Part shown: piece by piece, positions 54,722 to 64,000 of the stretch
Layout: each line of letters starts with the position of its first letter
Position numbering within the stretch: position 1 is the stretch's first letter
Virus record (IMG/VR): IMGVR_UViG_3300020577_005688
Coordinates: 32,001 to 96,000 of that record
Direction: 5' to 3' (one strand)
DNA from: a virus
Taxonomy: Duplodnaviria > Caudoviricetes
DNA length: 64,000 nt
Translations under genes and position numbers: made by a program
The notes under the pieces: model-generated
What the model was told of the DNA's origin: nothing
The model's input: the letters and a program-made list of their open reading frames with translations, nothing else
The model's database searches: none

Positions 54722-55772
54722 GGGCATTAAGCTTCCTCCCGAGACTACGGGTCAAAAGTACTCGGAAAGGGAGCAAGCGTTCAAGAACTGTACGTTCTTT
54801 ACGCTTCGAAAAGTTGCAACGGAAGGTCTGAAGATCGACACGGGTCAGACCATCTACGTAAACGCGGACGGGAAACCGTTCTGCGACTACAACGACACCA
54901 TCCGTGACCGCAATCTCGTTCGACAGAGGATCCTCGACTACGAGCTTGCCCAAGGTTGGATTGTCGATGACCGTGGGGCACAACAAGCTGTTGCTCAAAT
55001 CGTCCAACCCGTTCCTCAACCCGCTGTTCCTGTGCAGGAGACCATGTCAACTGTTCCAACTGTTCCCATCGCTGCTGCAATGATGACCATCAACTCCGCA
55101 CCGGCTCCTACTCCACAGCCTCAACCGCAGCCACCTCCTGCAAGCGATGCCGGAGCTCCCACTGGAAAGAAGCGCCCCGGACCTCGTCTTCCTTCTGCAG
55201 TTGCCCCTCCGACAACGGCAGTCGCACAACCACAACCGCCTCCAGGAGCAATGACGGTTCACGCACCCGTCGTCACTCCCGCCCCTGTTCAGGCAACTGC
55301 CACGATGACACCAACCATCATCGTGCCGGAGCAGACCCAAGTGCAGCCGTTCACTCCTCCCACTGCGATGCCAGCTCCTGTCTCAGTGAGGCCGTTCACT
55401 GTTCCTGCCGCCCCAGTTGCACAGGCTCCAGTGGCCGCCCCAGCCGCTCCTGCGGGTTCCGACAAGAAGCTGGACGCCATCGGAAGTGGTCTCGAAATCA
55501 TCTCAAGGGATGTCGAGTCACACCGGAAGGACTTCTCCCAGTTCGTCAGCAACATGTCGGAGCAGGTCAACACCAACAACAAGAGCATCAAGGCACATGA
55601 TGAGGCCCTGAAGGAAATCCAGAGAAGCCTCGATATTGTGTTGACTGCGATTCACCACATCTACCTCACCATTCCTGGACTCCAGGCTGGGGCAGTTGAG
55701 GCGAAGGCCAACATCGGAACAGCTCCTGAGTTCCGAGAGTACATCGCGAAGTTCACTGTTCCGCGCCCTTAA
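54711..55772 (+). CDS. Pro/Ala/Thr-rich protein with C-terminal coiled coil (probable frameshift extension to 56005)
   Basis: AAGGAG RBS; ends CGC CCT TAA; the -1 frame is open to 56005. Confidence 0.75.
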   Translation: MMSEGIKLPPETTGQKYSEREQAFKNCTFFTLRKVATEGLKIDTGQTIYVNADGKPFCDYNDTIRDRNLVRQRILDYELAQGWIVDDRGAQQAVAQIVQPVPQPAVPVQETMSTVPTVPIAAAMMTINSAPAPTPQPQPQPPPASDAGAPTGKKRPGPRLPSAVAPPTTAVAQPQPPPGAMTVHAPVVTPAPVQATATMTPTIIVPEQTQVQPFTPPTAMPAPVSVRPFTVPAAPVAQAPVAAPAAPAGSDKKLDAIGSGLEIISRDVESHRKDFSQFVSNMSEQVNTNNKSIKAHDEALKEIQRSLDIVLTAIHHIYLTIPGLQAGAVEAKANIGTAPEFREYIAKFTVPRP

Positions 55773-56007
55773 GTGGGACGCAGCAACAGCCTCAGCAGGA
55801 GCCAACAGTTCCTGCTGGACTGCGTCCAAACACTCAACAACCAACAACCTTGTTGGAAGTTGCGGCTGAGGATTTGTGGAAACTGACGAATGCCCAGCTC
55901 ATCGAGTTTGCTGAGATGGCGCTGGGGATTCTCATCAAGCCAGATGAAGAGCGTTCCACCATCATGAGGAAGCTCGTGAACGCAGCATCTGGGATTCGAA
56001 AGTAGAG

Positions 56008-56043
56008 GAAAGGGCCTCGGTTCAATGAGGCCCTTTCTTTTTA
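56008..56043 (+). terminator. Intrinsic terminator ending the replication operon
   Basis: GAAAGGGCCTC/GAGGCCCTTTC stem followed by TTTTTAGCT. Confidence 0.88.
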
Positions 56044-56298
56044 GCTTTCATCCTCATGACCAAAGAGCCATTTCGGAAGACCGGTGTCGTTGATGCCGCG
56101 TACGACAACCTTACGACCAGTGACAGTGTCCTGCAGAAGGATCTCAAGAGGCGTGATATCGACCACGGTCGTCGTGTGGTTCGATAGAACTGTTCTCTCC
56201 ATATGCGTCAACAACTGCTGCGAATCCGCCCAGTAGATGACCAACGTGGCGAGTTTCTCCTGATTCCCAACCCCTAGCAACCGCTCCTTGATTCCCAT
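56041..56298 (-). CDS. Hypothetical protein
   Basis: AAGGAG RBS; last gene of the tail/lysis operon. Confidence 0.6.
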   Translation of the reverse strand: MGIKERLLGVGNQEKLATLVIYWADSQQLLTHMERTVLSNHTTTVVDITPLEILLQDTVTGRKVVVRGINDTGLPKWLFGHEDES

Positions 56299-56349
56299 AG
56301 AAGAACTCCTTCCACAGAGCCAAAGAGCTCTCTGCGATGTCGTACGAGT

Positions 56350-56649
56350 TTAGTATCCAGAGGGAATTCCACCATCAGAAGGACCACAACGAATCCAGGC
56401 CTCCTTCGCATAACGACGAAGTGCTCTTGTGTTTCTTTCAAGAGCACTCCCGGCACTGGAATCGAGACAGTAAGCGAACTCCAGAGGGCAGTTCGCTTCA
56501 CTGTCATTTACCGCTTCGAAGCTCGGAGGCGGCTCCGTCAGACAGTTCTCACGTGGAGGAAGAATTACTTCCTTCCGACACAGTGAACAGCTTACGAAGA
56601 CGAGAGCGGACGACAGCAGGATCGCGACATGACTCAAGGTCTTTCTCAA
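56350..56649 (-). CDS. Putative o-spanin (Rz1-like lipoprotein)
   Basis: Basic N-terminus, hydrophobic signal and Cys (ALVFVSC); Pro-rich; overlaps the i-spanin-like gene. Confidence 0.6.
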   Translation of the reverse strand: MRKTLSHVAILLSSALVFVSCSLCRKEVILPPRENCLTEPPPSFEAVNDSEANCPLEFAYCLDSSAGSALERNTRALRRYAKEAWIRCGPSDGGIPSGY

Positions 56650-56872
56650 GGGTTTCGATCTCCTTTTTTAGCTCTGAGATCAAACTCTCGCGTCTTCCAA
56701 CCTCTCCGTCAAGTTTTGCCTGGATGTCGCCCTTCTCTTTGATGAGCTCTTTCTTTTCTGTCGTGAGAGAGCCGATCTCAGCCTTCTGAATTTTCACCTT
56801 CGAAACCATGGAGGCAGCAATCACACCTGCAATCGCTGCCAACACGGTCATGCCAAGAGCGAAGTAGAGCAT
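56549..56872 (-). CDS. Putative i-spanin (Rz-like)
   Basis: N-terminal transmembrane helix plus coiled coil with a C-terminal Cys. Confidence 0.6.
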   Translation of the reverse strand: MLYFALGMTVLAAIAGVIAASMVSKVKIQKAEIGSLTTEKKELIKEKGDIQAKLDGEVGRRESLISELKKEIETLEKDLESCRDPAVVRSRLRKLFTVSEGSNSSST

Positions 56873-57483
56873 TAGGACACCGGCTTTGCCTCTTCAGGCT
56901 TTGGCTCAGCAGCCTTCTTCTCCTTAGCCGCCTTAATCCAATCATTGATGTCCTTCACGAGGCCCCAGAGAGCGGCTGCGGTGAGTGACACAGAAAGGAT
57001 TGGCTTCAGGAGAGCCCACGTAATTTTCTCTCCAGCCAGAAGCGAGAGACCAACTCCAGCACCAGTCGAGGTGAGGAAGTTCATCAACCAACCACCCGGC
57101 TTAGTATCCAAGAGGAACCAAAGAGGCTTATCGAGAGGACTCGTGTCTGGGAGGAAGTCGTGGAGACGCTTTCCGAAGACCTTGAGGAGGGCAACAATCA
57201 AGACGAGAAGAGCGGCTGCAGCTGCAACCCAGTCACCTGCCTTGACTGCATCGACAATCACTTTTACGAATACCATGGGATTGTCGAGAGTAGCTGGATT
57301 GATGACAGGAGCAGTTGGAACTCCGGCATCGACAACAACCCCAGCATCCACGATGTCATCAAGAACAACGGTCACGACACCGGCGTCAATCACGCCACCA
57401 GAGGACTCGATGACAACTCCAGAGTCTTCTGACGCAAAAGAGGCAGTTGAAATAAATGCACTGATAAAAAGATACCTGAACAT
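56872..57483 (-). CDS. Multi-pass membrane protein, holin-like
   Basis: Signal-like N-terminus, DAGV repeats, three hydrophobic helices and a charged tail; directly upstream of the spanin-like pair. Confidence 0.55.
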   Translation of the reverse strand: MFRYLFISAFISTASFASEDSGVVIESSGGVIDAGVVTVVLDDIVDAGVVVDAGVPTAPVINPATLDNPMVFVKVIVDAVKAGDWVAAAAALLVLIVALLKVFGKRLHDFLPDTSPLDKPLWFLLDTKPGGWLMNFLTSTGAGVGLSLLAGEKITWALLKPILSVSLTAAALWGLVKDINDWIKAAKEKKAAEPKPEEAKPVS

Positions 57484-57495
57484 GACAATCTCCTT

Positions 57496-60400
57496 TTATG
57501 GAACGCTGTATGGTGCGGTTGTGGAGGCGATCTTAAAGGATGAGCCTTCGTAAGGGGAGCTATTTGCCTCCCAAGCCCCCGATGACCTCCTAAGAGTGTT
57601 TCCAGACCCCGCAATTTCGAGGGAGGACTCGAATCTCCAGTAGTGGTAAAAGATATCCTCAACAGGCGGTCCGATGAATGACTTGTTGTTTGGAATGATG
57701 CAGTGATTTGAAGAGATCGTAAAGTAGTCGTGATTACCAGAGGCCCCTCTTACACATGCATATCTGAAAGTCCCTCCAATCGCTGGGGCGCTTGCAAGAT
57801 CTTTGATCTCAATTCGATTTCCAACAATGTTAGCCCCATTCATGGATCCGAGAAAGACGATCCCATTTGCCATAGTGGCTACCCCTGAAACAGTGAGGTC
57901 TCCGACGAGGATAGCATTATTGCAAATGTGAAATGAGTTTCCGGTGTTAGATCCGTAATTGAAGAACTGAATTCCTGGGATGTCACGGGCGGTTCTAATT
58001 CGATTACCCTGAATTGAGAACCGCAGAGAGCTAGTATCTCCAGTAAAGTCGATTCCACCGTCGATGACGTTTCCATCCACAACCGCACGTTGGAGGAATA
58101 CAAAAGTCAAACGATTTGAGATCCTACAGGAAGACACTTGAGCATTGTTCGAAGTAATGGAAGTCCCAGAAGAAGAACTCAGAGAACAACCCGAGAGATT
58201 GACCTCACCTGCATTCGAGATCGTGAACTGACCTTCGAAGGAACATCCAGAGATGTTGAGGTAGTTCCCCGCAACTCCGGAAGACCCGAGAAGAGTGGTG
58301 CCGTTGACCTTCGACCCATCCATCACAAGTCGTCTATCGTGGATGCCATCAATCGAGAGGTTACCACCGATGTTGTTTCCAACAAACTGAATGTCTCCTC
58401 GAACTGTTGTGAAGGTAGAGTTCCCCCCAACTTGATTATTAGAGAACGTGAAATTGACGTCAGAGCCAGATGAGCTTGAGACGTTAAAGACACCAGAAGA
58501 AAAGTTCGAGTCTACCAAAGAAGGAACAGTGTACTCAGTAACGAGATACGAAAACGTAGCTCCCTCTGAGTGGTTACCTCTCACGATACCTGGCCCGTAA
58601 TTCGCGCTCAGAGTCTGGGCTCCTCCCGTCCCGTTCCAGTAGAAGCGGTTTCCCTCAACACGACCCCAAATACGGTCAATGAGAGAAGCCGCTCCTACCG
58701 CTGTCGTAGAGACAAATTCATTTCCAAGCCAAGCCATCCCAGTGCTTGAGGAGACTCCTCCACCGTTGTGAACCGGCTTTCCGAATGAAGAGATTCGGTT
58801 ATTCGAAATAGTGCAGTTTGAGTTGTCTCCGAACTGGATGCCCTTCCAAGACTTGGTTCCGAAGATGGACCTAAGGTCAACCGTGTTCGAGTTTACGACT
58901 GCTCCATTGCAACCGGAAAGGTAGATGCCGGTCATGTCCTGATTGGAGGCATCTGTTCCTCCGTCAGTTACAACGAGATTCTCAGAGCAGGTGACAGTGG
59001 ATGCAGACCCAAGTCGAATACCAAATCCAGAGGTGTTTGCCAGATCTGGATTTCCCATGAAGATCTGATTTCCAATGATGGTCAGTTGATCTGTAGTCCC
59101 TCCAAGGTCAGGAGTGATCCCATGGTAAGTTCCAAAAACGCCCCCAGAGATGCTGATAGCGTTTGAGAGAACCTCCACAAAGGTCGCTCCATCTCCAGTC
59201 TGGATGGCCGCGAAGAATCCGCCAGAAGTGTTAGCAGTGGAGTTTGTGAGGGCCGCAATCTGAATACGGTTGTTGGAGATGACAAGGAACGAAGTTGAGA
59301 GGGCGTTTCGAATCCCAACGTAGTACCCACCAGAGAGTGAGTTTCCTTCGATTCTACCACTGTCTCCAATTGGACGAATACCAGAGCCGGAGAACCCGGC
59401 AGCTGCAATGTCCTGCTGACTCAGAGTACAGCCTCGAACGACATTGGCGGTAACAGCGTAGTTGTTGAGAGGAGTGGTTGTGGTGAATGTACTGTTCTCA
59501 ACAACAGAAAGAACACCAAGGCTCAGAGCAACCGGAATGGTTCCAGAGGTCATGGTGAAATTACTCACCAATGTCCTCGCAGACGGGGCATTGACCAGAT
59601 AGCAAACATTGGTCGAGGGAGTCGAACCATTCGCCCAAGTCACATCACGGATAACGATGTGGGACGAGACGTTGGAAGCGATCAGGAATGAGTGACCTCC
59701 AGTCCATGCGGTGCTGCCGCCCCAAGAGCTAAGGAACCTGCAGTTCGACATGTAGAAAGTCGAACCGTTCCAGTTGTTAGGGCCAAGAGCACTGTAAACA
59801 AATCGAGGTGCAGCAGCTCCGGCACCTGCATAGGAGAAGGTCGAGTTCTCAACGCGGACCGTTGGGATTCCAGTGCCTGCCCCTCCAGTACAAGAAGACA
59901 GTCCTCTTGTGATGAAGGAGCAATCCTCGACAATAAGCTCTGAGACTGGCGCTTCGAATACGTCGTGAGCAACGACAGTTTCAAAAGAGCCAGTTGTCTG
60001 GATGAGGTTCTTGAGCTTGATTCTATCGACGGTGTTCCCAAGACCAGAAGAGTTGATAAATGACGACAGTCCGATCGGTGCTCCGAGACGGAGGTCTCGA
60101 ATCTCCAAGAACTTCACGTTGAACTCAAGACCAGTAATCAACGTCCCAAGGTCAATTGACACCTTTTCGTTGATGCCTCGAATGGTCAACCCAACCGTTG
60201 TAAACCTTGCGACTGGGGTGGACCCAGCCCAGGTGTTACTGACGAGGATGACCTCGAAGTGTGGGAAAGACCCACTGAGAGTAGTCGTCTCACCTGCATA
60301 GTTCGCTGAGATGTTTGAGATGAAGCTGGCGACTGCAGGAAGGTTTGCGAACTGACCACCCTCTCCAACAGTCAGAGGGATTGCTTTCTCTGCCCTCATT

Positions 60401-62031
60401 CGAATGTTTGGAATGACATTCGTGATTGCCCCAGCACTCAAATCAACGACCGCGATTTGGTGTCCCTTGTTGGTTGTTGCAACCGAGTCGAGGACGTTCG
60501 CGAATGCGGACACCGATGTTGAGATGGCGTAGTTCGCCGTGGCCTCATCCCAGTAGAGATAGTTACGAGCATTGTTGGTAAATGCTCCTGGGGTGAACGT
60601 TCGAGCTGGGAGAGTGAAAACCTTGCCGTTCCAACGGATCTTGCCTTCCGTAACAGCCACATCAGCACCGGAAGGAGAGGCAAGGAGACCACTGATGGTC
60701 CAGTTCTCTACGAGGTCTTCATCTGAGACAAGTCCCGAAGTGAGAGTCGAAACAGAAGAAGCAAAGTCCGCAGGCTGTAGGTCGCGGAGAGACTTTGGAA
60801 CTGCACAAACAGCAGTGTAGGTTCCATTGACCGGCAGTGGAGGATTTACGACCAGCTGGACCTGCGAACTAAACAGACCGCTGTAGACAGTAATGTTACC
60901 CCACGACTCGACAGGGGACTTTGTGCTGTTGAGCTCGACCAGCGGCTGTACCTCAGTCGTTGGAGTCGCTCCAACAGCCGTAACTTGCGCCGCCGTCATT
61001 GGACGGAGAACGAGTGTGGTGTTGCTGATGACTTGCTCAACAATCCACTTGTCACCGTTGTTAGAAGTCGGAGAAGTGTTCGTCGCACCAGTGATCTCTG
61101 CAAAGTCTCCTGGAACAACATCAGAGAAGTTGGCAGCAGAGCATTGAACAACTCGTCCGTTCTCAATACTGGTGATGACCGCAGATGTAACCTTATCGAT
61201 GGTCGTGTTCAGAACAGAGCCAGAAGAACCTCCACCAGACCAAGCCGTAGCCGCTGCAAAAGGAGGAAGACCTGCTGGAGAGCCACGAACAACACCAACA
61301 ACTCGGCTCTGCGCGAGCTGACCGGAGGAATCGATAATCTGAAAGAACCGTGCGAGTTCTTCTTTTGTCGGGTTCGCTCCAGAGAAGAAAGCTGGACCTC
61401 CAATGAACACTCTCTGAGAAGCGGTCAGCGTCAGGAGTCTTCTATCTGATGTCGTAAAGGAGACCGGCTTCAGAACAACGAAGTCCTTCATGTCATCCGC
61501 AAACAAGACGTCCGTGTTTGCTGAGACTCTTGCGAGAGCTCTATTGAGCGTTTCTGTGTTCAGGTTCTCAGAAGGATTTGGGAATGCAACCCCAAAAGGG
61601 TTACCAAGACGAGCTTCTGGAGAAGACGGAATGTCTCCACCTGTCGCACGAAGCGCCCCAAGAGTGACATTGAATCCGAGAGCAGTGGAGGCAGTACCAC
61701 CTGTCACTTCGACAGAGGATAGAGTGCCGCTCGTTGTGGAACGAATCGCGATGACTCCATCTGCATCGAAGGCAGAACCCGCGCTACCGATGGCAGTATT
61801 GATGTCACTGATGACCGTATTGATTCCATTCCCTGTCAGAGTGACAACGAATGGAGAACCATCAATCGTGACGTTGAGTGTCTGAGCAGCTGCTGCAGCC
61901 GAGAAGTACGGAACAGCGCTCACACCATCGGCGTTTGCCCGACGAACAGAACCACGAAGAACCGCGTTGGTGGTCTTTGAGATGTTCTTTCCAGCAATCT
62001 GCGGCCTACGGAAATAGTCCATTGATGGCAT
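57496..62031 (-). CDS. Tail fibre/tailspike with right-handed beta-helix (pectin-lyase-like) repeats
   Basis: 1511 aa, G/S/T/N-rich; repeated ISNNRI, IIGNQI and VNSNTV units; TVGEGGQFANL domain boundary. Confidence 0.8.
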   Translation of the reverse strand: MPSMDYFRRPQIAGKNISKTTNAVLRGSVRRANADGVSAVPYFSAAAAAQTLNVTIDGSPFVVTLTGNGINTVISDINTAIGSAGSAFDADGVIAIRSTTSGTLSSVEVTGGTASTALGFNVTLGALRATGGDIPSSPEARLGNPFGVAFPNPSENLNTETLNRALARVSANTDVLFADDMKDFVVLKPVSFTTSDRRLLTLTASQRVFIGGPAFFSGANPTKEELARFFQIIDSSGQLAQSRVVGVVRGSPAGLPPFAAATAWSGGGSSGSVLNTTIDKVTSAVITSIENGRVVQCSAANFSDVVPGDFAEITGATNTSPTSNNGDKWIVEQVISNTTLVLRPMTAAQVTAVGATPTTEVQPLVELNSTKSPVESWGNITVYSGLFSSQVQLVVNPPLPVNGTYTAVCAVPKSLRDLQPADFASSVSTLTSGLVSDEDLVENWTISGLLASPSGADVAVTEGKIRWNGKVFTLPARTFTPGAFTNNARNYLYWDEATANYAISTSVSAFANVLDSVATTNKGHQIAVVDLSAGAITNVIPNIRMRAEKAIPLTVGEGGQFANLPAVASFISNISANYAGETTTLSGSFPHFEVILVSNTWAGSTPVARFTTVGLTIRGINEKVSIDLGTLITGLEFNVKFLEIRDLRLGAPIGLSSFINSSGLGNTVDRIKLKNLIQTTGSFETVVAHDVFEAPVSELIVEDCSFITRGLSSCTGGAGTGIPTVRVENSTFSYAGAGAAAPRFVYSALGPNNWNGSTFYMSNCRFLSSWGGSTAWTGGHSFLIASNVSSHIVIRDVTWANGSTPSTNVCYLVNAPSARTLVSNFTMTSGTIPVALSLGVLSVVENSTFTTTTPLNNYAVTANVVRGCTLSQQDIAAAGFSGSGIRPIGDSGRIEGNSLSGGYYVGIRNALSTSFLVISNNRIQIAALTNSTANTSGGFFAAIQTGDGATFVEVLSNAISISGGVFGTYHGITPDLGGTTDQLTIIGNQIFMGNPDLANTSGFGIRLGSASTVTCSENLVVTDGGTDASNQDMTGIYLSGCNGAVVNSNTVDLRSIFGTKSWKGIQFGDNSNCTISNNRISSFGKPVHNGGGVSSSTGMAWLGNEFVSTTAVGAASLIDRIWGRVEGNRFYWNGTGGAQTLSANYGPGIVRGNHSEGATFSYLVTEYTVPSLVDSNFSSGVFNVSSSSGSDVNFTFSNNQVGGNSTFTTVRGDIQFVGNNIGGNLSIDGIHDRRLVMDGSKVNGTTLLGSSGVAGNYLNISGCSFEGQFTISNAGEVNLSGCSLSSSSGTSITSNNAQVSSCRISNRLTFVFLQRAVVDGNVIDGGIDFTGDTSSLRFSIQGNRIRTARDIPGIQFFNYGSNTGNSFHICNNAILVGDLTVSGVATMANGIVFLGSMNGANIVGNRIEIKDLASAPAIGGTFRYACVRGASGNHDYFTISSNHCIIPNNKSFIGPPVEDIFYHYWRFESSLEIAGSGNTLRRSSGAWEANSSPYEGSSFKIASTTAPYSVP

Positions 62032-62041
62032 TTGGATTCCC

Positions 62042-62740
62042 TTAGAAACGGATTTCCCAGTTCACTTCAAACTCAAGAGAGTCCGTCTTACCGATGGGTT
62101 CGAGAGTCTTGTATGCGTTCGGAGATTGCGAACCAGCCGTTGCAATTCCCGTCTGGCGGGTTCCAGGATTGAAGGCAGGAACTGCTGTTGGAGATCCATT
62201 TGTAAACAGACCCATCTCCGTAATGTTCACCTGCGTGCCTGGAGAGAGCGTGATTTCGTTCTCTGCAAACGTTCTGGAGTATCGAACAGTGGTTCGTGAG
62301 GGAGTCAGTGGGAACGTCGGTGGAACGTTCAGAGGTGCCAAGAACTGGCCGGTCTGGTACTCAATAGGAGTGACCAATCGAAGAACACCGACATCCTCGG
62401 TGGTGGCTCCTGTTCCGACACCAATGTAGGCCATTCGGTCGTTTCGAAAAGCGGTTGTAGGACCGGTCTCAATGCTCATCAACAGAGCAAGAAACTCTCG
62501 ACCTGTATTGGTCCAGATGTTGAAGCCCTCTCGAACACTTCCAGGAACCACCTTTCCACGCTCTCGACAGAACGCGTGGATCCATCCCTTAATCTCAACA
62601 ACACTCTTCTCGTTGTCCTGAGGACTGACCCAAGAGCTCCCTGCGATGGTTCTTCCCATTTTGTCGACCAACCTCAGAAAACCCTGGTCAGCGATTCGAA
62701 CGATATCTTTGAACATCAGCGTCTCCGGGAGATGCGCCAT
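62042..62740 (-). CDS. Putative baseplate/tail-fibre attachment protein
   Basis: NIWTNTGREFLA, YIGVGTG, ITEMGLF and KTDSLEFEVNWEIRF pattern typical of tail-collar/baseplate proteins. Confidence 0.65.
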   Translation of the reverse strand: MAHLPETLMFKDIVRIADQGFLRLVDKMGRTIAGSSWVSPQDNEKSVVEIKGWIHAFCRERGKVVPGSVREGFNIWTNTGREFLALLMSIETGPTTAFRNDRMAYIGVGTGATTEDVGVLRLVTPIEYQTGQFLAPLNVPPTFPLTPSRTTVRYSRTFAENEITLSPGTQVNITEMGLFTNGSPTAVPAFNPGTRQTGIATAGSQSPNAYKTLEPIGKTDSLEFEVNWEIRF

Positions 62741-64000
62741 GAGACGCTCTCAGACGTCCCAAGTGAAACAACGAGTCGAACATCCGAACCGCCAGGAAGA
62801 GAGGCGATTGGGTATACCCCAGCCCCGTAGCCTACATCTACAGTGCCGTTTGTACCACCAAGAATCAACAAGTCACCAGGAAGAACTCCCAAAGTGGTTG
62901 GAGAGACTGCGGAGGGACCTGAAGCAGGAGCAACAAGCCTCTGCATTGAAAGAGAAACCAGGTTTGATCCACTCGTGCAGGTTGCAAGAGCCTGGGTCTC
63001 TCTCAACTGAGAGTCTGAGAAGTCAGAAGGATTTGTCCTTCCAAGAACATCCCAAGTCAGTCCTGATGGGTTCTTCTTCAAGAGCTTGACGGCATAGGAC
63101 CCCGCCGCGAGAGCTGGCTGTGTGTACCCATGAATCGGAGAAATGAGTGTCACACGGGTGAGAGCCGTATTTTGAACTTGGAGTTCATCCCCAATCTCAC
63201 CGATTGCTTTGATGAGAGGATCCACCGCAGTCAACGTATTCGAACCTGATGAAGTGACAGACAAGGTTCCTGATACTGGGAACGGCCTCTCAATCAAAGA
63301 GGCTCTATAGACCGACCAAGCAACAGTCGAAGTAGCTGTTGGAGTCGGTGATACCCGAACACGGTCCCACGTTGAGATGTTCTGGATGACTTCGAGAATA
63401 GAGTACCGGTCTCCCGTCACTGTGTTGATGAGGAAGTCTCCAACCGCGACCCCATTCGACCGAAGGCCACCTTGAAGGACGACAATCGGATTCCCGGATA
63501 CAAATGCTCCAGAGACTCCGCTATGGATGAGGGAGGTCATCTTCCGCTTGATGAAGAACCTTGCATTCGAGGAAGTCTCGAATCCAAAAGCAGGAGCATC
63601 TGAGAGTGTGATGGTCGTATCTGTTGCGGATGCAACAGTGTACGTCCCTGAATTGATGCCATTTGGAATGGTCACCAAGTCGCCAGCTCTGGTGAGAGGA
63701 CCCTCAAAGTCCTCACCAGTTCGAGGATTGAGAACTCCACCGTTTGGAATCGTCAGAACTCCGGAACCGTCTGTAGTTGAGAGCGTGGACCCAGACCTTC
63801 GAATCCAGAACACTCCCTCATCCCAGACAATCTGTGGAACGGCAGAAGGACTCCTTGAGCTGTAGTTCATTGAAGGAGGCATCGCCAGAGACACATTGTC
63901 AACGAAGTCTCCGCTCCCTACTCCAATCCGGAAGAACGTGGAGTCACGAATCACTACCTCATCAGCAAAGTCAGAGACGGAGGAGATGAAGAAGGCAACG
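62716..64000 (-). CDS. Large baseplate/tail protein, 5' end outside the window
   Basis: Frame is open to the right edge; repeated GDLxxI...GxY beta units. Confidence 0.65.
   Translation of the reverse strand, partial: VAFFISSVSDFADEVVIRDSTFFRIGVGSGDFVDNVSLAMPPSMNYSSRSPSAVPQIVWDEGVFWIRRSGSTLSTTDGSGVLTIPNGGVLNPRTGEDFEGPLTRAGDLVTIPNGINSGTYTVASATDTTITLSDAPAFGFETSSNARFFIKRKMTSLIHSGVSGAFVSGNPIVVLQGGLRSNGVAVGDFLINTVTGDRYSILEVIQNISTWDRVRVSPTPTATSTVAWSVYRASLIERPFPVSGTLSVTSSGSNTLTAVDPLIKAIGEIGDELQVQNTALTRVTLISPIHGYTQPALAAGSYAVKLLKKNPSGLTWDVLGRTNPSDFSDSQLRETQALATCTSGSNLVSLSMQRLVAPASGPSAVSPTTLGVLPGDLLILGGTNGTVDVGYGAGVYPIASLPGGSDVRLVVSLGTSESVSWRISRRR

Noticed and set aside
1-64000. Alternative genetic code (stop-codon reassignment)
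   Set aside because: Long genes are intact under code 11, and TAA, TAG and TGA all end well-supported genes.
1-64000. tRNA or rRNA genes
   Set aside because: Intergenic gaps are short and none showed a cloverleaf or rRNA signature by eye; tRNAscan-SE would be needed to confirm.

Overview
This is a 64 kb segment of a large tailed dsDNA bacteriophage (Caudoviricetes, probably a myovirus-type jumbo phage) read with the standard genetic code. The minus strand carries the virion genes: major capsid protein, decoration and scaffold proteins, a prohead protease, GpA-type terminase large subunit, portal, baseplate spike, a beta-helix tail fibre and a holin/spanin-like lysis cluster. It also carries a ~2,450-aa single-chain beta/beta' RNA polymerase with a LAGLIDADG intein inserted directly after the catalytic NADFDGD. 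The plus strand carries replication, repair and nucleotide genes: RNase HII, SF2 helicase, UDG, DnaB, primase, a putative SSB, PolA, HU, RecA, two resolvases, a Cas4-like nuclease, Tmk and ThyX. Four candidate novel signals stand out. (1) About a dozen head-region proteins are punctuated by K-x-A motifs. Several unrelated small proteins share an (S/G)F-x-D-E-L-x-K-I-(A/G) tag fused to variable cargo (glycine-zipper helices, a DnaJ J-domain, an HExxE domain), which suggests a capsid-addressing and protease-release system for injected effectors. (2) There appear to be two promoter classes: GG(C/T)ATAAGA ahead of plus-strand units and TTGACC-N18-TAnnnT ahead of minus-strand units. (3) A probable -1 frameshift at 55766-55772 would append a Rho-N-like domain. 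(4) A 55-aa zinc-ribbon gene is missing from the ORF track. Spanin-like genes imply a Gram-negative host, and DAG repeats hint at Myxococcota. No tRNA, rRNA or CRISPR array was seen. All family assignments come from motifs recognised by eye, not from database searches.
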